Origin: a virus
Taxonomy: Duplodnaviria; Caudoviricetes
Length of the DNA: 55,368 nt
Reading direction: 5' to 3' (one strand)
IMG/VR virus record: IMGVR_UViG_3300049489_000171
Coordinates: 1-55,368 of that record
The position numbers and the translations under genes were made by a program. Below the pieces are notes generated by a model, which saw nothing but the letters and a program-made list of their open reading frames with translations, made no database searches and was not told the origin of the DNA. Of the stretch, positions 53,279 through 55,368 are shown one piece after another. Each line of letters starts with the position of its first letter. The first letter of the stretch is position 1.

Positions 53279-53355
53279 GCGTGTAGCGGCTAGCCCGTCA
53301 GCAATGGCGGGCTAGACGATACTCGACTTAATCACAACGGGAGAAACCGACAATG
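53279..53355 (+). repeat. intergenic stem-loop plus RBS repeat, copy 4 (variant stem)
   Basis: TAGCGG-CTAGCCCGTCA-GCAA-TGGCGGGCTAG-ACGATA. Confidence 0.85.
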
Positions 53356-53886
53356 AAACCTAAACACATTGCCTATGACCCGGAATTCGAGCGCCGCCGA
53401 TGGGTTGAAAATGCCAGCAAGGGGCTTCGGGTTGTCCCGGCATCAGACATCGGCGTTATAGACCATAACGGATGGTACCTGGACGACGAATGCAGCGAAA
53501 CCGTAGAAGGCGCAGTGCTGCTACTGCCTCATGGCCGCTGCGTGCCCGCTATTGCCGATCCGTGGATCCGTGACGCCTACCTTGTGGATTTTCATTCCGT
53601 GACCGACGACAAGAGGGACGCGGCGCGATGGGCAGATAGCATGGCGCAGCAGTTCGCTGAGCGGGAACGCGAGTATCAGGCCGGTTTCCGCGCCCTGTCG
53701 AATGCTCAGGACAGTCTTACTGAATTGCTTGCGGAGCTGTGCGACTGTCGCGCCGCTCATACAGAGTACATGAGGAAAGGCGCATGGGAACTGGCGGAAC
53801 GGTTGCGCGGCAATGCGCACCGCCTGGTCGCGGCTATCCGCGAGTACCGCGAGACTGTCGCGGAACTTTCGCCGAAGTACGGCTAA
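53353..53886 (+). CDS. early hypothetical protein
   Basis: IDHNGWYLD; AARWADSMA...AEREREY. Confidence 0.75.
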   Translation: MKPKHIAYDPEFERRRWVENASKGLRVVPASDIGVIDHNGWYLDDECSETVEGAVLLLPHGRCVPAIADPWIRDAYLVDFHSVTDDKRDAARWADSMAQQFAEREREYQAGFRALSNAQDSLTELLAELCDCRAAHTEYMRKGAWELAERLRGNAHRLVAAIREYRETVAELSPKYG

Positions 53887-53915
53887 ACGTATTCAATCAA
53901 CGGGAGAAACCGACA

Positions 53916-54386
53916 ATGAACAACATCAGCAACAGCGACAACGTGATCGACAGCCGCGACGTAGAGAAGCGGCTTGATGAACTGACCGCAGAGCAAGCCG
54001 CGCTGCTCGATGCGCTGGACGAAGCGCGCACAGCCAGCGAGGAGGCGCAGCGTGAAGGGCGCGATGACCTGCACGCGGAGGAGGTGACCGCAGCACAAGC
54101 CGCGCTTGACGCCTGGAACGGCAGCGACGACACGGGCGGGGAGTTGGCGCGCTTGACCGCGTTACGCGATCAGGCGGAAGGCTACGCACCGGATTGGCGG
54201 TACGGTTGCACCCTGATCCGGGATAGCTACTTCAAGGACTACGCGCAAGAGCTCGCCGAAGATCGCGACATGCCCAAAGACGTGCGCTGGCCGTATAACT
54301 GCCTCGACTGGGATCAAGCGGCACGGGAGCTGCAACAGGATTACACGGCCGTTGAATATGGCGGTGTTACGTATTGGGTGCGCTAG
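53916..54386 (+). CDS. acidic protein resembling antirestriction protein ArdA at its C-terminus
   Basis: FKDYAQELAED...LDWDQAARELQQDY; strongly acidic. Confidence 0.55.
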   Translation: MNNISNSDNVIDSRDVEKRLDELTAEQAALLDALDEARTASEEAQREGRDDLHAEEVTAAQAALDAWNGSDDTGGELARLTALRDQAEGYAPDWRYGCTLIRDSYFKDYAQELAEDRDMPKDVRWPYNCLDWDQAARELQQDYTAVEYGGVTYWVR

Positions 54387-54389
54387 ACC

Positions 54390-54455
54390 GCAACGGGTAG
54401 CCCGTCAGCAATGGCGGGCTACACGGTGCCGCTTGGCATCTTTAACGGGAGAATG
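54390..54455 (+). repeat. intergenic stem-loop plus RBS repeat, copy 5
   Basis: GCAACGG-GTAGCCCGTCA-GCAA-TGGCGGGCTAC-ACGGTGC. Confidence 0.8.
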
Positions 54456-54458
54456 AGC

Positions 54459-54737
54459 GTGATCGAGAAACACACACCGGGGCCGTGGGCTATCGGCCTG
54501 GAAAGCGACGACGATCGATTTCAGGTAATCGCGTCAACCGGCGAGCACATTTGCTATGTCGAGCTTGACCCGGTAGGCAGCAACGCGCGGCTGATAGCCG
54601 CCGCGCCCGATCTGCTGGCGGCGCTTAAATGGGCTGTCGATTGCTCCGATATGAACCTTGATGACCTCGACCTGGATACGTGTGCGGCGCTTGACGCCGC
54701 ACGCGCAGCCATCGCCAAGGCGGAGGGCCGGTCATGA
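54459..54737 (+). CDS. conserved phage hypothetical protein
   Basis: HTPGPW...NARLIAAAPDLLAAL. Confidence 0.75.
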   Translation: MIEKHTPGPWAIGLESDDDRFQVIASTGEHICYVELDPVGSNARLIAAAPDLLAALKWAVDCSDMNLDDLDLDTCAALDAARAAIAKAEGRS

Positions 54738-54934
54738 AAAAACCACTCACGCCGAAACAACGTGCCACGCTTCAGGCTTTCGCGCTTGAAGTGCTGGCGA
54801 CACTGGAGCGTGATAAGGACTGGGGCGCCGATACGCTTGAGTCGATCATGGACGCCAGCACACGGCGCGGGCTTAACACGCTTGACCGCGATCTGGCTTT
54901 CCGGGTTGCCCCTGGGTACCGGGGGCGCGTATGA
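54734..54934 (+). CDS. hypothetical protein
   Basis: ATGA coupling at both ends; GGAGG RBS. Confidence 0.6.
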   Translation: MKKPLTPKQRATLQAFALEVLATLERDKDWGADTLESIMDASTRRGLNTLDRDLAFRVAPGYRGRV

Positions 54935-55197
54935 AAGGTCCATCCAAGCCTGAGCACGTTCGGGAAATCTACGACAACGGCGGCGAAACGTGCGACCGTT
55001 ACACGGTCCTGACTACATGGCCTGAGAATCCAACCGGCTGCTACATGGCGCTTGGCCTCAGTGACAACCCGACGCACCCGCAAGGCTTCAGCCAGTGGAC
55101 CGCGGCAATGCCGGGGCGCCACCTGGGGAAGCGAGTACCGTGGGCTGAAGTCCCTGAGCACATCAGGGTGCACGTTGTCGCGCGGATGGCTGAATGA
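54931..55197 (+). CDS. conserved phage hypothetical protein
   Basis: YDNGGETCDRYTV...PTHPQGF...HLGKRV. Confidence 0.75.
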   Translation: MKGPSKPEHVREIYDNGGETCDRYTVLTTWPENPTGCYMALGLSDNPTHPQGFSQWTAAMPGRHLGKRVPWAEVPEHIRVHVVARMAE

Positions 55198-55217
55198 GTT
55201 TTGTCGCGAAGCCCTTG

Positions 55218-55246
55218 AACCCCAGGACGACTGGGGTTTTTTTTTT
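55218..55246 (+). terminator. intrinsic terminator ending the early operon
   Basis: CCCCAG-GACGA-CTGGGG followed by ten T. Confidence 0.85.
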
Positions 55247-55271
55247 AATTGACGCACTTGACCGAAGCCCC

Positions 55272-55301
55272 TTGACCGACCGCAGCAAAGGGGCGTAGTT
55301 T
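55272..55301 (+). promoter_or_regulatory. putative promoter for the sigma-factor operon
   Basis: TTGACC-18 nt-TAGTTT upstream of the GGAGG RBS. Confidence 0.4.
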
Positions 55302-55332
55302 CCGTTTTAGGCACCAACCCGGGAGGACCATC

Positions 55333-55368
55333 ATGCTTTTGGCGCACTTGACCGACGACGACCTGAAC
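55333..55368 (+). CDS. 5' part of the hypothetical protein that continues at position 1
   Basis: GGGAGG RBS; 12 codons MLLAHLTDDDLN end exactly at the window end. Confidence 0.75.
   Translation, partial: MLLAHLTDDDLN

Noticed and set aside
1-55368. Prophage or lysogeny module
   Set aside because: No integrase, CI with peptidase domain, partition genes or flanking host genes were recognised

Overview
The window looks like one complete, circularly permuted ~55.4 kb genome of a tailed dsDNA phage with podovirus-type virion genes. An ORF starting at 55333 runs in frame into position 1. The spanin pair points to a Gram-negative host. The + strand carries an early region of small genes (50367-55197) separated by repeated leaders and GNRA-capped stem-loops. 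It then carries a sigma-70-family factor, many small genes and an APSE-like replication module: primase-helicase, DUF2800 nuclease, DUF2815 SSB, family A DNA polymerase, VRR-NUC and SNF2 helicase, with PAPS-reductase-like and C5 methyltransferase genes. The - strand (18350-49033) carries terminase, portal, scaffold, capsid, a glyco-enzyme trio, tail tube, ejection proteins, two tailspikes, Fn3 proteins and the lysis cassette. A 1.3 kb non-coding region with palindromes, 11-bp-phased repeats and a DnaA box separates the two arms. The most unusual features are: (1) an intact HNH endonuclease gene in the +1 frame inside the DNA polymerase intein, with the intein frame kept open; (2) a C5 methyltransferase whose +1 frame holds a probable motif-IX subunit followed by a second HNH gene; (3) a covarying RNA stem-loop family between the early genes. 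I saw no integrase, RNA polymerase, tRNA or CRISPR array. All family assignments come from motif recognition by eye, not from database searches.
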